From the NCBI GenBank assembly GCA_023261805.1, contig JAGDXV010000005.1, forward strand, positions 1 through 55,938: a DNA stretch of 55,938 bases. The letters are read 5' to 3'. Shown piece after piece: positions 24,309 through 33,238 of this stretch (its first letter is position 1; the number at the start of each line of letters is the position of its first letter). The notes under the pieces were generated by a model that was given only the letters and a program-made list of their open reading frames with translations, searched no databases and was not told the origin of the DNA. This DNA is from Candidatus Parvarchaeota archaeon. Its GTDB lineage: Archaea > Nanobdellota > Nanobdellia > Parvarchaeales > Parvarchaeaceae. The position numbers and the translations under genes are program-made.

Positions 24309-26033
24309 ATGGTGGAATATTCGCTAGACAATGATTTTAATGATTCCTTTAAGCAGTATGCATTCGGTGTGTCTATAGACAGCAAGAATCAGCTTGAGGA
24401 ATTTGCAAGGATACTCAGGTCCGGTGCACAGATGGTGGAGATAAACATAGCTTCCATGTACGGCGGGGAAGGGACCTCGGCGGAGAAGATAGGCAAGGAG
24501 GAGAGGAAAGCGATATCGGATCTTGCAAATATCAACAAGGTAGAATTGAGTGTCCATGCGCCCTGGTCACTTAACTTATCAGGCATAGATCCAAGGACTG
24601 GAGAGAAGAGCCCGATATACGACAGCATACTCAAACAGGAGATAGCGACCTCCTTGAATTTTGTCGATGATATCAGTCAAGGGATGAATGCTAAGCATGT
24701 ACCGACGATATTTCATGCCTCCAATGACCAGTTCGGCAACCCAGACAAGAATACCGTTATTTTTGGTTATGACGTTTTGGAGAACAAGGTCCTCCCAATA
24801 ACTAGAGGGGAGATCCCTGGGCTGAGACGCGATGATTTCCTTTCAAAAGAGCTCTATGGAAAAGAGATAGAGAAAATAAAGGATGAGAATGTAAAGAAAC
24901 TGGTGGAAGAGGGGATCAGGGAGGAGAAGCGCACATTTGAGGTCGTCACGGCGGACGGTAAAAAGGAAGTAAGAGAGGAGCCAGTCCTTGTAGTTTCGCC
25001 GGAAGCACAATTTGAACTTGAAAAGATAAGGAAGCGCGAGGAATTAGCGGAAAGAATGGCCAGTCTGGATAATTATATATACAATATAAAGGAGCTTCAG
25101 CTGAAGAACCTGCCAGCTCAGATACAGGATGCAATAAATAGAGCTGATTTTGTGGAGGCGCAGAACCTTATGAAGACGAGGGACTCTCTGCTGAAGACAG
25201 TGGATGAACTAGAAACACAGAGGAGATTCATTGAAAAACAAGCCGCATCAGGAATAGATCCGATCGTGAGATATGATGAGAAGGCTGCGGACTTGGCTGC
25301 TGAGGGGATCAAGAGGGCAGCCATATATTCAGCTTTTGAGACGAAGACACAGCCGGCGATTCTTATAGAAAACCCGATGTCTCCAAACATGTCCTTATCA
25401 AATCCGCAGGATCTTGTGAGAGCGATACAGAAGGCGAGGGAACTTTTCGTGCAGGAGGCTGTGGAAAAGAAAGGGATGAGCAGGAGTGATGCGGAGGAGC
25501 TGAGCAAAGAGATAATAGGGATCAACCTTGACACCGGTCACCTTAATACTTTCAAGGCATATGGCTTCAAGGATGAGGACCTTGTGAATATGGCGCTGAA
25601 GGCGAAGGATTATGTGAAGAGGTATCATCTCAGCGATAATATGGGTGCTACTGATGCTCATCTTCCACTCGGTCAAGGAACAACACCGACGAAGCAGATA
25701 TACGAAGAGCTCAAAAAAGCTGGTGTGGAAGTTCCAGCTATCCTTGAGGTCTTTGGTGGTTTAGGAGGCCTAGACATGGGAGCTTCACAGTCATATCAGT
25801 ACATGGCAGAAAACATGAACATACCTGTCTACGGATCAATACCTTATACCTCTGTTCAGCAATATGTTTCGAGGCCTTACTCCGGCTTGGCAGGAAATTA
25901 CAGTGCGTATTCGAACTTAAATTTGAAGAACGACTTTCTATCCTATGGCTTTTCAGGCCTGTTTCCAGCCGTGGGCGGAGGGTACATGGAGGATAAAAAC
26001 AAGACTCCATTCTCGGGGGTGCCAATGTCTTGA
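24309..26033 (+). CDS. Xylose-isomerase-like / endonuclease-IV-like TIM-barrel protein with a large charged insertion and a Tyr/Gly/Ser-rich C-terminal tail
   Basis: Barrel-strand motifs VEINI, SVHAPW and TIFHAS, then after ~200 aa of Glu/Lys-rich helical sequence ILIEN, INLDTGH, YHLSDN..DAHLPLGQG and AILEV. I start at the ATG at 24309, with a TTTTATTAAT box ~26 nt upstream. Confidence 0.7.
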   Translation: MVEYSLDNDFNDSFKQYAFGVSIDSKNQLEEFARILRSGAQMVEINIASMYGGEGTSAEKIGKEERKAISDLANINKVELSVHAPWSLNLSGIDPRTGEKSPIYDSILKQEIATSLNFVDDISQGMNAKHVPTIFHASNDQFGNPDKNTVIFGYDVLENKVLPITRGEIPGLRRDDFLSKELYGKEIEKIKDENVKKLVEEGIREEKRTFEVVTADGKKEVREEPVLVVSPEAQFELEKIRKREELAERMASLDNYIYNIKELQLKNLPAQIQDAINRADFVEAQNLMKTRDSLLKTVDELETQRRFIEKQAASGIDPIVRYDEKAADLAAEGIKRAAIYSAFETKTQPAILIENPMSPNMSLSNPQDLVRAIQKARELFVQEAVEKKGMSRSDAEELSKEIIGINLDTGHLNTFKAYGFKDEDLVNMALKAKDYVKRYHLSDNMGATDAHLPLGQGTTPTKQIYEELKKAGVEVPAILEVFGGLGGLDMGASQSYQYMAENMNIPVYGSIPYTSVQQYVSRPYSGLAGNYSAYSNLNLKNDFLSYGFSGLFPAVGGGYMEDKNKTPFSGVPMS

Positions 26034-26821
26034 TGGAATTGAATGATAAGGCGCATCTTGAACTAAAAGGTTACGATGCCGCGTACAGATTCGCAAAGGG
26101 AATATTTGAGAGATACCCTAGGGTGATAAAATCGATCATACTTTTTGGTTCTTATAGTAAAGGGAAAGAAACAGAGAGCAGCGATGTTGATATCATGATA
26201 ATAATGGATGATGTACTCAACACTCTTGACAATAAATTTTTAGGTGTATTCTATGAGGATGTTGACAAGCTCGTCAAGGCCGAGACGTCTATAAAGCTTC
26301 ATATCAACTTTGTCACACTTACTGCTTTCTGGAGGGGGGTCATATCAGCTGATCCTGTCAGCGTGAATGTATTGAAATCGGGTGTAGGTCTTATAGATAC
26401 GGGTTACTTTGAACCCTTGCAGGCCTTGCTTCAGAAGGGGGAGATAAAACCGACACAGGAATCGATATTTGCCGCCTTAGCAAGGAGCGAGCTTTACATC
26501 GATTCAGCCAAACTGAGACTAGCAGGAAGCGTTCTCGATCTCTACTGGTCCGTTGTGAATGCTGCTCAGGCCTTGGCTATGGAAAATGGAGAGGTTCCTC
26601 CCTCTCCAGAAGTCCTTCCAAGTACACTCGAATCCCTTGAAAGAATGAATGTGATCAATAAGGAGGACTTACAGGCGTTCAATGAAATTTATTCCCTAGG
26701 CAGGAGGCTTGTTCATAACGAAAAGATTGAACTGACAGGGGCTGATGTTGACGCGATCATGCTTAAAAGCGAGAGATTTAAGGAAAAGATCGATAGAATC
26801 ATCAATCAAAAAAGGACATAA
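26030..26821 (+). CDS. Nucleotidyltransferase (minimal Pol-beta-type NTase) fused to a helical HEPN-like C-terminal domain
   Basis: NTase signature ILFGSYSKGKETESSDVDIMII (GS...DxD). The C-terminal four-helix-like region carries GRRLVH, which is close to but not exactly the HEPN Rx4-6H motif. 4-nt overlap with the upstream gene. Confidence 0.75.
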   Translation: MMELNDKAHLELKGYDAAYRFAKGIFERYPRVIKSIILFGSYSKGKETESSDVDIMIIMDDVLNTLDNKFLGVFYEDVDKLVKAETSIKLHINFVTLTAFWRGVISADPVSVNVLKSGVGLIDTGYFEPLQALLQKGEIKPTQESIFAALARSELYIDSAKLRLAGSVLDLYWSVVNAAQALAMENGEVPPSPEVLPSTLESLERMNVINKEDLQAFNEIYSLGRRLVHNEKIELTGADVDAIMLKSERFKEKIDRIINQKRT

Positions 26822-26871
26822 GTATAAGGGTAAGCGAAAGCTTTAAATACTTAAAAAGTTACTTCATACAC

Positions 26872-27273
26872 ATGCAAAGGAAAGCTCAAGGATTGCCGAT
26901 CAACACGATCATTCTGATCGCGATAGGCTTACTGATTCTAGTTGTACTAGTTCTGTTTGTGACAAAAAGTTTTGCTGGCTTAGGTGCAAGCACATCGACT
27001 TCAGGCACTGCCGCGAGTGCGTTTGAGGGTCAATGCAGTAATGCATGCGCTACAGCGAGCTCTTCAAATACTGTGCCACTGCAGTTCTGTACCCAAACTG
27101 ATACGATAGCGGCTTCAAATGGTAAACCAACACTGTACACCTGTTCAAATATAACCACCGTCACTGCCGGTAGTAATGGTTGCCAGCTTCAAAATGGGAC
27201 CACCTTTTATTCCTATCAAAGTCCTTCTGGTCTAACTTGTTCAGCAACCTGTGTTGGGCCCGCTTGCAAGTAA
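26872..27273 (+). CDS. Type IV pilin-like protein, Cys-rich
   Basis: MQRKAQGLPINTIILIAIGLLILVVLVLFV is class III signal-peptide-like. The ~85-aa mature domain has 8 Cys and is Ser/Thr-rich. A TTTAAATA box lies ~27 nt upstream. Confidence 0.7.
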   Translation: MQRKAQGLPINTIILIAIGLLILVVLVLFVTKSFAGLGASTSTSGTAASAFEGQCSNACATASSSNTVPLQFCTQTDTIAASNGKPTLYTCSNITTVTAGSNGCQLQNGTTFYSYQSPSGLTCSATCVGPACK

Positions 27274-27391
27274 GCCAATAAACTAATCTCTTCGCTTTCT
27301 TGGGTTTGTTTTTCTAATTTTGTTTGTGTTATTTGTTTCATTCTGAAACTGATTTTGTCGAAGGTTTTCTATCAAATTTGTAGTTTACGAT

Positions 27392-27466
27392 TGGGGCGGG
27401 TGGGATTTGAACCCACGACATCCAACGCCCGAGGCTGGTATCATAACCAAACTAGATCACCGCCCC
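27392..27466 (-). tRNA. tRNA-Pro (anticodon CGG)
   Basis: Minus strand: acceptor GGGGCGG/CCGCCCC, anticodon stem CCAGC/GTTGG with loop CTCGGGC, T arm GTGGG-TTCAAAT-CCCAC, discriminator A73. Confidence 0.88.
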
Positions 27467-27486
27467 TCAATGGATTATGTATCTAT

Positions 27487-28497
27487 TTACAATATATTAC
27501 TTTTGTCTTTCACATATTTCGGGTAAGTTCCTATCTTCATGATAACTGAATCAGTCTTAACAACTATCCCTTTTTTGATCCTTTTTAGCTCTAAACTATT
27601 GATATTTGCGTTTCCTATCGCTATCAGTTCATCCTTAAGGGAGGAAATGAAGATTTTTTCTCCGATACTGAAATCATTGTACTTAACCACACCCGGCGCA
27701 GCAAGCGGGGCGCCGTTGCAAATTGTATCAACGGCATAATCCGATACCCAAACCTTTGGAAGAAAATTCAGAGCATCCTCTATGTTTTGTATTGCATAGT
27801 TCAAGAACCGATCATTTTTCTCATTCTGATAGAAAAACATGCCGTCTTCCAGGTCCTGCAATGTAACGAGATGACTGTCTTCCGTTAGATTAGCTACTTT
27901 TGTTCTTCTCAATTCAACCATATGTGCGCCGAAACCGAGAGATTCTCCTATATCATGTATTAATTTTCTTATGTAAGTTCCTGATTCGACACCAGCTCTG
28001 AAAAGAACATCCCTCCCTTTTACTTCAAGAACATCGAGATAATAAACCGTTCTTTCACGGTTAACCCGTTTCACATTCGATCTAACTGGAGGAAGCTGCA
28101 CTATTTTTCCTTTGAATTTATTCATGGTGAGAAAAAGTGTTTTTTCATCGATGTCTTTGTGTAGATGCATCAGCGCCACATACTCTTTTCCTCCGAGTAG
28201 AAGCATGGAAATTGCTTTATTTGCACGGTTGAAAGTAATAGGAAGCAAACCCGTAACCCCCGGGTCCAAAGTACCTGAGTACCCTGCTTTTGTAACCCCA
28301 AGAGGAGACAATATATTTTTTGTTATCATAGACGTGGTCCTTGATCTCATACCAGCAGGCTTGTCGACCAGTACAAATCCAACATCAACTTTCTCACTGA
28401 GAGATCTTTCACTAGGAAATTTTCCAAAGGACTTATCTGTTTCCTCTTCCCTGAGTATGTTAACTTCTCTCTTTATGTTCTCAAAAGGAAGTCCCAT
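27487..28497 (-). CDS. cbf5: H/ACA RNP pseudouridine synthase Cbf5 (TruB family with PUA domain)
   Basis: VLVDKPAGMRS and the catalytic YSGTLDPGVTG motif, plus a C-terminal PUA-like region. The conserved cmk-cbf5 neighbourhood is present. Confidence 0.92.
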   Translation of the reverse strand: MGLPFENIKREVNILREEETDKSFGKFPSERSLSEKVDVGFVLVDKPAGMRSRTTSMITKNILSPLGVTKAGYSGTLDPGVTGLLPITFNRANKAISMLLLGGKEYVALMHLHKDIDEKTLFLTMNKFKGKIVQLPPVRSNVKRVNRERTVYYLDVLEVKGRDVLFRAGVESGTYIRKLIHDIGESLGFGAHMVELRRTKVANLTEDSHLVTLQDLEDGMFFYQNEKNDRFLNYAIQNIEDALNFLPKVWVSDYAVDTICNGAPLAAPGVVKYNDFSIGEKIFISSLKDELIAIGNANINSLELKRIKKGIVVKTDSVIMKIGTYPKYVKDKSNIL

Positions 28498-28498
28498 A

Positions 28499-29050
28499 TT
28501 ACTTTCTGTTATCTGCTTCTATGAATCTTCTGCAGATATCGAAGGTAGCATTCTCCCCGATTTTATCGGTTGAAAGGATCAGATCGAATTTTGATAGGTC
28601 ATTTATCACGTCAAATCCATACAGTTTCATGTATATCTTTGCGGTTTCAACATCCTTTTCGTGTATCCTTTTCAGTGCATTCTTGTATCCTATTTTATCT
28701 CTTATGGAGATCCTTTTCGCTCTTTCTTTTTCATTGGCCTGCAAACGTATCTTTATTGTGTTTTTTCTTCTGATATAGTAAGCAGCCGTCCAACTATCGA
28801 GGACCAGATCACTTTTTCTACTTACATATTTTTTTATATAGTTATCAATCTTCTTATCATACTTCAGTTCTTTCATCCTCAATGCTATGGCTGAAAGACC
28901 TTCTTTTGATTCCCAAACATCAAAACGAAGCGGGAGGGCTTTTCTAAGTAATGAAGATCCAGAGACGTATTCAAATTTGAAATATTCAGCAAGCCTTTTT
29001 GCAAGTGTCGTCTTCCCGGACCCGGTCAGTCCGGAAACGATGATTATCAT
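28499..29050 (-). CDS. cmk: Cytidylate kinase (archaeal type) / P-loop NMP kinase
   Basis: N-terminal MIIIVSGLTGSGKTTLAKRLAE P-loop. 183 aa. The position immediately upstream of cbf5 matches many archaea. Confidence 0.65.
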   Translation of the reverse strand: MIIIVSGLTGSGKTTLAKRLAEYFKFEYVSGSSLLRKALPLRFDVWESKEGLSAIALRMKELKYDKKIDNYIKKYVSRKSDLVLDSWTAAYYIRRKNTIKIRLQANEKERAKRISIRDKIGYKNALKRIHEKDVETAKIYMKLYGFDVINDLSKFDLILSTDKIGENATFDICRRFIEADNRK

Positions 29051-29107
29051 ATCAAATTATTGATTTTCAATGATTTAATGCTTGATTTTCAAAGGTTTTT
29101 GAATAAG

Positions 29108-32100
29108 TCAAGGGAGTATCGGTGTCTTCGATATCAGCGAAGCGTTCTTTGAAAATACGGAGGGCAAATAGTTAAGGTTATCGCAGTAATTTATCGCACT
29201 CTTATTCAGCGAGCACTCTCCTGTTAGTTCATACTTTTGAAGTTGGGTGTAGTTTATCTCATATACATTTATATTTGTTAGCACCTGATTTTCTATGCTT
29301 AGATACGAATTCACTGGAAGGTTGTCAGTGAACACAAGTTTGAAACCTGGAATAGACTCATTCAACAGATAAAGTTTAGTGAATAGTGTATTAAGCGTAT
29401 CGTTTGGCATGAAGAGTACTGATATTGGACTTATAGATTGAGACAAGTTTATCGGTGAGACAACGTAACCTTTACTGTTATTATATCCTCCTATATGCAA
29501 CAGTTGCAGTCCTGTTGCATTTAATAGCATCACACCACCAGGTATTCCAGAGGAGGAAACATTTATGCAACCTTTATCATAGATACAATAATTATCTATA
29601 GGTAAGATTGGGGAGGCTGTTTGCAGTTGGACGTTGTACACGATTCCGTATGGGTTTCCTATCGCTGTTGGGCCTATGTTGGATGAATAATTGAATGGGA
29701 TCAGCACTTCGTATAATATGTTATCAGATGCTGGCCAGAGCCTGCCATTTACATACATTGGAGCATTGACCTCCCCAAAATTATTGGAAGATCCGCCAAA
29801 GACAGCAACATATTGATAACTCTTGTTTCCGATGTTGTTGGTATTTGCTTGTGATGTGGTCTGTGTCATTGGAGAGAAGGCTGTTGGTTCAAGGGCTATA
29901 GTTGATATGGCCGAGAACTTGAGCACTTCACTTCCACTTATGACAGCATAAGTCGGCTGGTGTATGAAGTGCAGGTAGGTCGCATACTGATAAGGAGATG
30001 TCGCTTCAAAGAAGTACTTGGCTATCATCGATTGATATCCATAAGCGTTACTCCCATCAGCTACAGCGGTCCTATTTGCGATGTTTTCCTCCCAATAACC
30101 ATAATCCCACCAAGAGATTATCGAGCTATTGGTAGGGGTATTATCTTTTATCCAAAGCATCGTCGGGCCCCACAACGCTAAGCCAGAACCGCTTGTCTGT
30201 GCTATATAGTAAGAGATGCTTAAGCTGCTATATAAATCAATTATTACGAAGGCTACAGCAAGGAGTATAATCGCGATTGAAATCACTTTGATTTCAGTTT
30301 GCGAATATTTGAAGTAAGAGAGTTTCTTTATCAGCTCTGTGCCTTCCATTGTTAGGAACACTATCGCGAACGGGATCAGGATCACGGCTACGAAATCGGT
30401 GGGTTGAAGCAACCTTAATTCTACGTTTGAAACGACCATCGTAAGTAGGAAGAATATAAACAGGAAGAGCTCCCCAACAAGTTTCTTCTCCTTGGTTTCT
30501 ACATTATCAAACATCAGAGCAAGCAAAAGTATCACAACTATCGCGACCGCTGCATATTTGTATAGGGACGTCGATGAGATGTTCATCACAGCAAGAAATG
30601 TCTGTCCAAATACACTGCTTTGCTGATTAAGTTGGGTGAATATTGATGTTAGTATCAGCGATACGACTGCTAAGATCAGAACATCCGTAATCAGCTTTTT
30701 GTCTTTCTTTGAAGCGAAGAGGATAAATTCATAAATCAGAACCACAACGGGTATGAGAAGTGCAAGCGTGAACCAGATTGTTGAGCCTATACTAGGTGTA
30801 AAGGCGCCACCATTGATCAGTATAAGGAATGGCACCATAAGGAGAAATATCGCATACCAGTGTTTGAATAGTCTTGATATAAGATAGAGCAGGATAACTG
30901 ATCCTATGTAGAGGAGAAGGAAGTTTATAGGGATACCGCTTGAAGTCATGAAATTATATTCAGAGAACCTCTCAGGAAGTGTCATCGTTCCATACTCGGC
31001 GATCGTCTGTGAGACAGGGTTGATAACTCCTACACCGAGTGGATGAGCGAACTCATTCGATATGTCGCCGAACGTAGACAGGAGTCTGTATGGGCTGACG
31101 ATAGCAAGGAGTAAGATCATTACGACGATACTATATATTATTACACTCATCCCTTCATTTACCTTTGGAATCTTTAACCAATGGAACCTGGATTTGTAAC
31201 GGTCATAAACGAAGAGCTTAAACAGAACGGTCACATATGTTATGTACATTGGGAAAAGAACTAAACTTTCCAGATTTGACTTAGTGACAATCATCATGCT
31301 TGCTTGTATTGGTATGAACAAAGCAAACGGAAGGTAAGCATATAGATCTCCCCTGTCTGCATACCCAAAGGCTATCAATGTCAGGAAGAAAGCAGGTATT
31401 ATCAATTCAGGATATTGAACATACCCGCTTGAAGCAGCGGCCATCCCCACCGCTATAGCTAAAAGAAAGCCGTAGAATATCTTTGTCTTATTTTTATCGC
31501 TGTACACTATTTTTAGCAATAAGAAGAAGGAAAGCATTATAAACATGAAGCCCATCGCAGTCTTAGTTGAGAAACCAGCGGTGCTTCTTCCAAGGAAAGT
31601 TTCAAAGGCGGGGAATATCGCTGCGCTTAGCGTAGCAGTCCAATAATTTCTGAAAATATAAAGAACTATTAGAAATATCAAGATCGTCGTGAATATCGTT
31701 ACAATTGGAGGATAGATCATGAACCAAGTCATCGGAGTTGCGGCAGGTATGATGGGATTAAGGAATCTGTACATGAAGGCACCGAAGAAGGAGATCAGCA
31801 TGTTGTCTTTTCTTGTAATGTAGCCTATTGGAAGATACTGCATATGATTCACTGCGGGAATATTTCCTGTGGATAGGATGTCCAACATTGAGCCATAAAA
31901 TGTGTATGGATCGAGTCCATTGAGCGATCCGCCCATTCCAAGATAATCATTTCCTATCAGCGGTGTTGCGCCGAGAGCGGGGAGACTCGCCGTTCTTATT
32001 ATGAGGCCGATGACGACGACCAGTATCAGCAGAACATAGAAAGGCAGTTTGTTACGCTGGAAAAATGCAGCGATTGTTGCAACAACAGCAGTTATGCCAA

Positions 32101-32422
32101 TAAAAACATAAGATGGATAGGAAGTCCCTGTGAAAATCAATAAAATAAATGTCACGGCCAGCAACACATAAAATAGAGCCCCATTTCTCATTATTGGTTG
32201 TATCGCTTTTTTGATGTTGTTGCCGGACAGACTTATCTCGAATACCTTTTCAGTTTGTTTTTCTTCTTCTGGTTTTGTCTCTGATATCTTTTCTGTGGTT
32301 TTAGGTTCTTCAGTCTTTGCTGTCTGGCTTTCTTCGGATGGAGTAGCTTCTGTTTTCTGATTTGTCGAGGGAGCAACTGCTTCTTCAATGCCTTTTGTCT
32401 TATCCTCACTGGTTTGATCCAT
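29108..32422 (-). CDS. aglB: Dolichyl-phosphooligosaccharide-protein glycotransferase AglB (STT3 homolog)
   Basis: Contains the WWDYGYW motif, ~13+ TM segments before it and a large C-terminal extracellular domain. 1104 aa, including a ~65-aa Glu/Lys/Thr-rich N-terminal extension. Confidence 0.92.
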   Translation of the reverse strand: MDQTSEDKTKGIEEAVAPSTNQKTEATPSEESQTAKTEEPKTTEKISETKPEEEKQTEKVFEISLSGNNIKKAIQPIMRNGALFYVLLAVTFILLIFTGTSYPSYVFIGITAVVATIAAFFQRNKLPFYVLLILVVVIGLIIRTASLPALGATPLIGNDYLGMGGSLNGLDPYTFYGSMLDILSTGNIPAVNHMQYLPIGYITRKDNMLISFFGAFMYRFLNPIIPAATPMTWFMIYPPIVTIFTTILIFLIVLYIFRNYWTATLSAAIFPAFETFLGRSTAGFSTKTAMGFMFIMLSFFLLLKIVYSDKNKTKIFYGFLLAIAVGMAAASSGYVQYPELIIPAFFLTLIAFGYADRGDLYAYLPFALFIPIQASMMIVTKSNLESLVLFPMYITYVTVLFKLFVYDRYKSRFHWLKIPKVNEGMSVIIYSIVVMILLLAIVSPYRLLSTFGDISNEFAHPLGVGVINPVSQTIAEYGTMTLPERFSEYNFMTSSGIPINFLLLYIGSVILLYLISRLFKHWYAIFLLMVPFLILINGGAFTPSIGSTIWFTLALLIPVVVLIYEFILFASKKDKKLITDVLILAVVSLILTSIFTQLNQQSSVFGQTFLAVMNISSTSLYKYAAVAIVVILLLALMFDNVETKEKKLVGELFLFIFFLLTMVVSNVELRLLQPTDFVAVILIPFAIVFLTMEGTELIKKLSYFKYSQTEIKVISIAIILLAVAFVIIDLYSSLSISYYIAQTSGSGLALWGPTMLWIKDNTPTNSSIISWWDYGYWEENIANRTAVADGSNAYGYQSMIAKYFFEATSPYQYATYLHFIHQPTYAVISGSEVLKFSAISTIALEPTAFSPMTQTTSQANTNNIGNKSYQYVAVFGGSSNNFGEVNAPMYVNGRLWPASDNILYEVLIPFNYSSNIGPTAIGNPYGIVYNVQLQTASPILPIDNYCIYDKGCINVSSSGIPGGVMLLNATGLQLLHIGGYNNSKGYVVSPINLSQSISPISVLFMPNDTLNTLFTKLYLLNESIPGFKLVFTDNLPVNSYLSIENQVLTNINVYEINYTQLQKYELTGECSLNKSAINYCDNLNYLPSVFSKNASLISKTPILP

Positions 32423-32478
32423 AGCAAAACATTAAAAATTTGTGTATCAATATCTTTTGGACTTGTCCATTTAAATAC

Positions 32479-33222
32479 CTATTTTAATAGACTTGGACGA
32501 TTCAGAAACTCAAAATGTTCAGGATGAGCGATAAATTCGTCATAGAGTGTCGGATAATTATAGTCAAGGAAGTCTATTTTCGTAGCTTCTTCATAAGATA
32601 TTGATAGTTTTTCATAGTTTCTATTAAGAAGTACATTTCTATTTCTCATGAAATACAGTGCTCCTCCCCCCATTTTGGCGATAGATTTATAATCGGACTG
32701 GAAGGTCGAATTTACTAGATTTGCCTCTATCAGTGGCTCTTCTCCTGTGTTAATTGATATGTGTCCATAGTTTGGGGGCATTATCACCCTGTCTCCGGCT
32801 TTGGCGGAAATCACCTTCACATCAAAGGATCCATCGCCGTTGTCCTTTTGAAGCAGATAAGTGGCTTCACCACTCAAAATTTCGTATATCTCAGCAAATG
32901 AAAGGTTTCCCTCAGCTATCGGATGGTAGTGTCCTTCTGTTTTATTGAACTCTCCTCCGAGGTCGTATGGCATTATGACTGTAATATCATATCTTATTGT
33001 GTGGGCATCGAAGACAGGGCTGTTTTTTCCATAGCCGGTGCCCCTAAACATATAATATAATATATCGTTCTGATTTCCCTTGTTTATGAAATTTTTATTG
33101 AAAAGAACATTCTTCATCTCGTTCAGTCTTCTCACCGACGATTCTACTTCCTCTCCATCGCAAATAAGTTTATTTGTCTTTTCCTCAAAATCAAGGGACA
33201 AATTTTTACACTCAATCTTCAT
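32479..33222 (-). CDS. pgiA: Cupin-type glucose-6-phosphate isomerase
   Basis: Collinear with the archaeal cupin PGI pattern: SVRRLNEM, GGEFNKTEGHYH, PPNYGHISINTGEEP and DYKSIAKMGG. Confidence 0.82.
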   Translation of the reverse strand: MKIECKNLSLDFEEKTNKLICDGEEVESSVRRLNEMKNVLFNKNFINKGNQNDILYYMFRGTGYGKNSPVFDAHTIRYDITVIMPYDLGGEFNKTEGHYHPIAEGNLSFAEIYEILSGEATYLLQKDNGDGSFDVKVISAKAGDRVIMPPNYGHISINTGEEPLIEANLVNSTFQSDYKSIAKMGGGALYFMRNRNVLLNRNYEKLSISYEEATKIDFLDYNYPTLYDEFIAHPEHFEFLNRPSLLK

Positions 33223-33238
33223 GTATCATTATATCTTC

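Noticed and set aside
27355-27549. 64-aa plus-strand ORF
   Set aside because: It runs straight through the tRNA-Pro gene (27392..27466) and into the cbf5 3' end. The tRNA explains the region.
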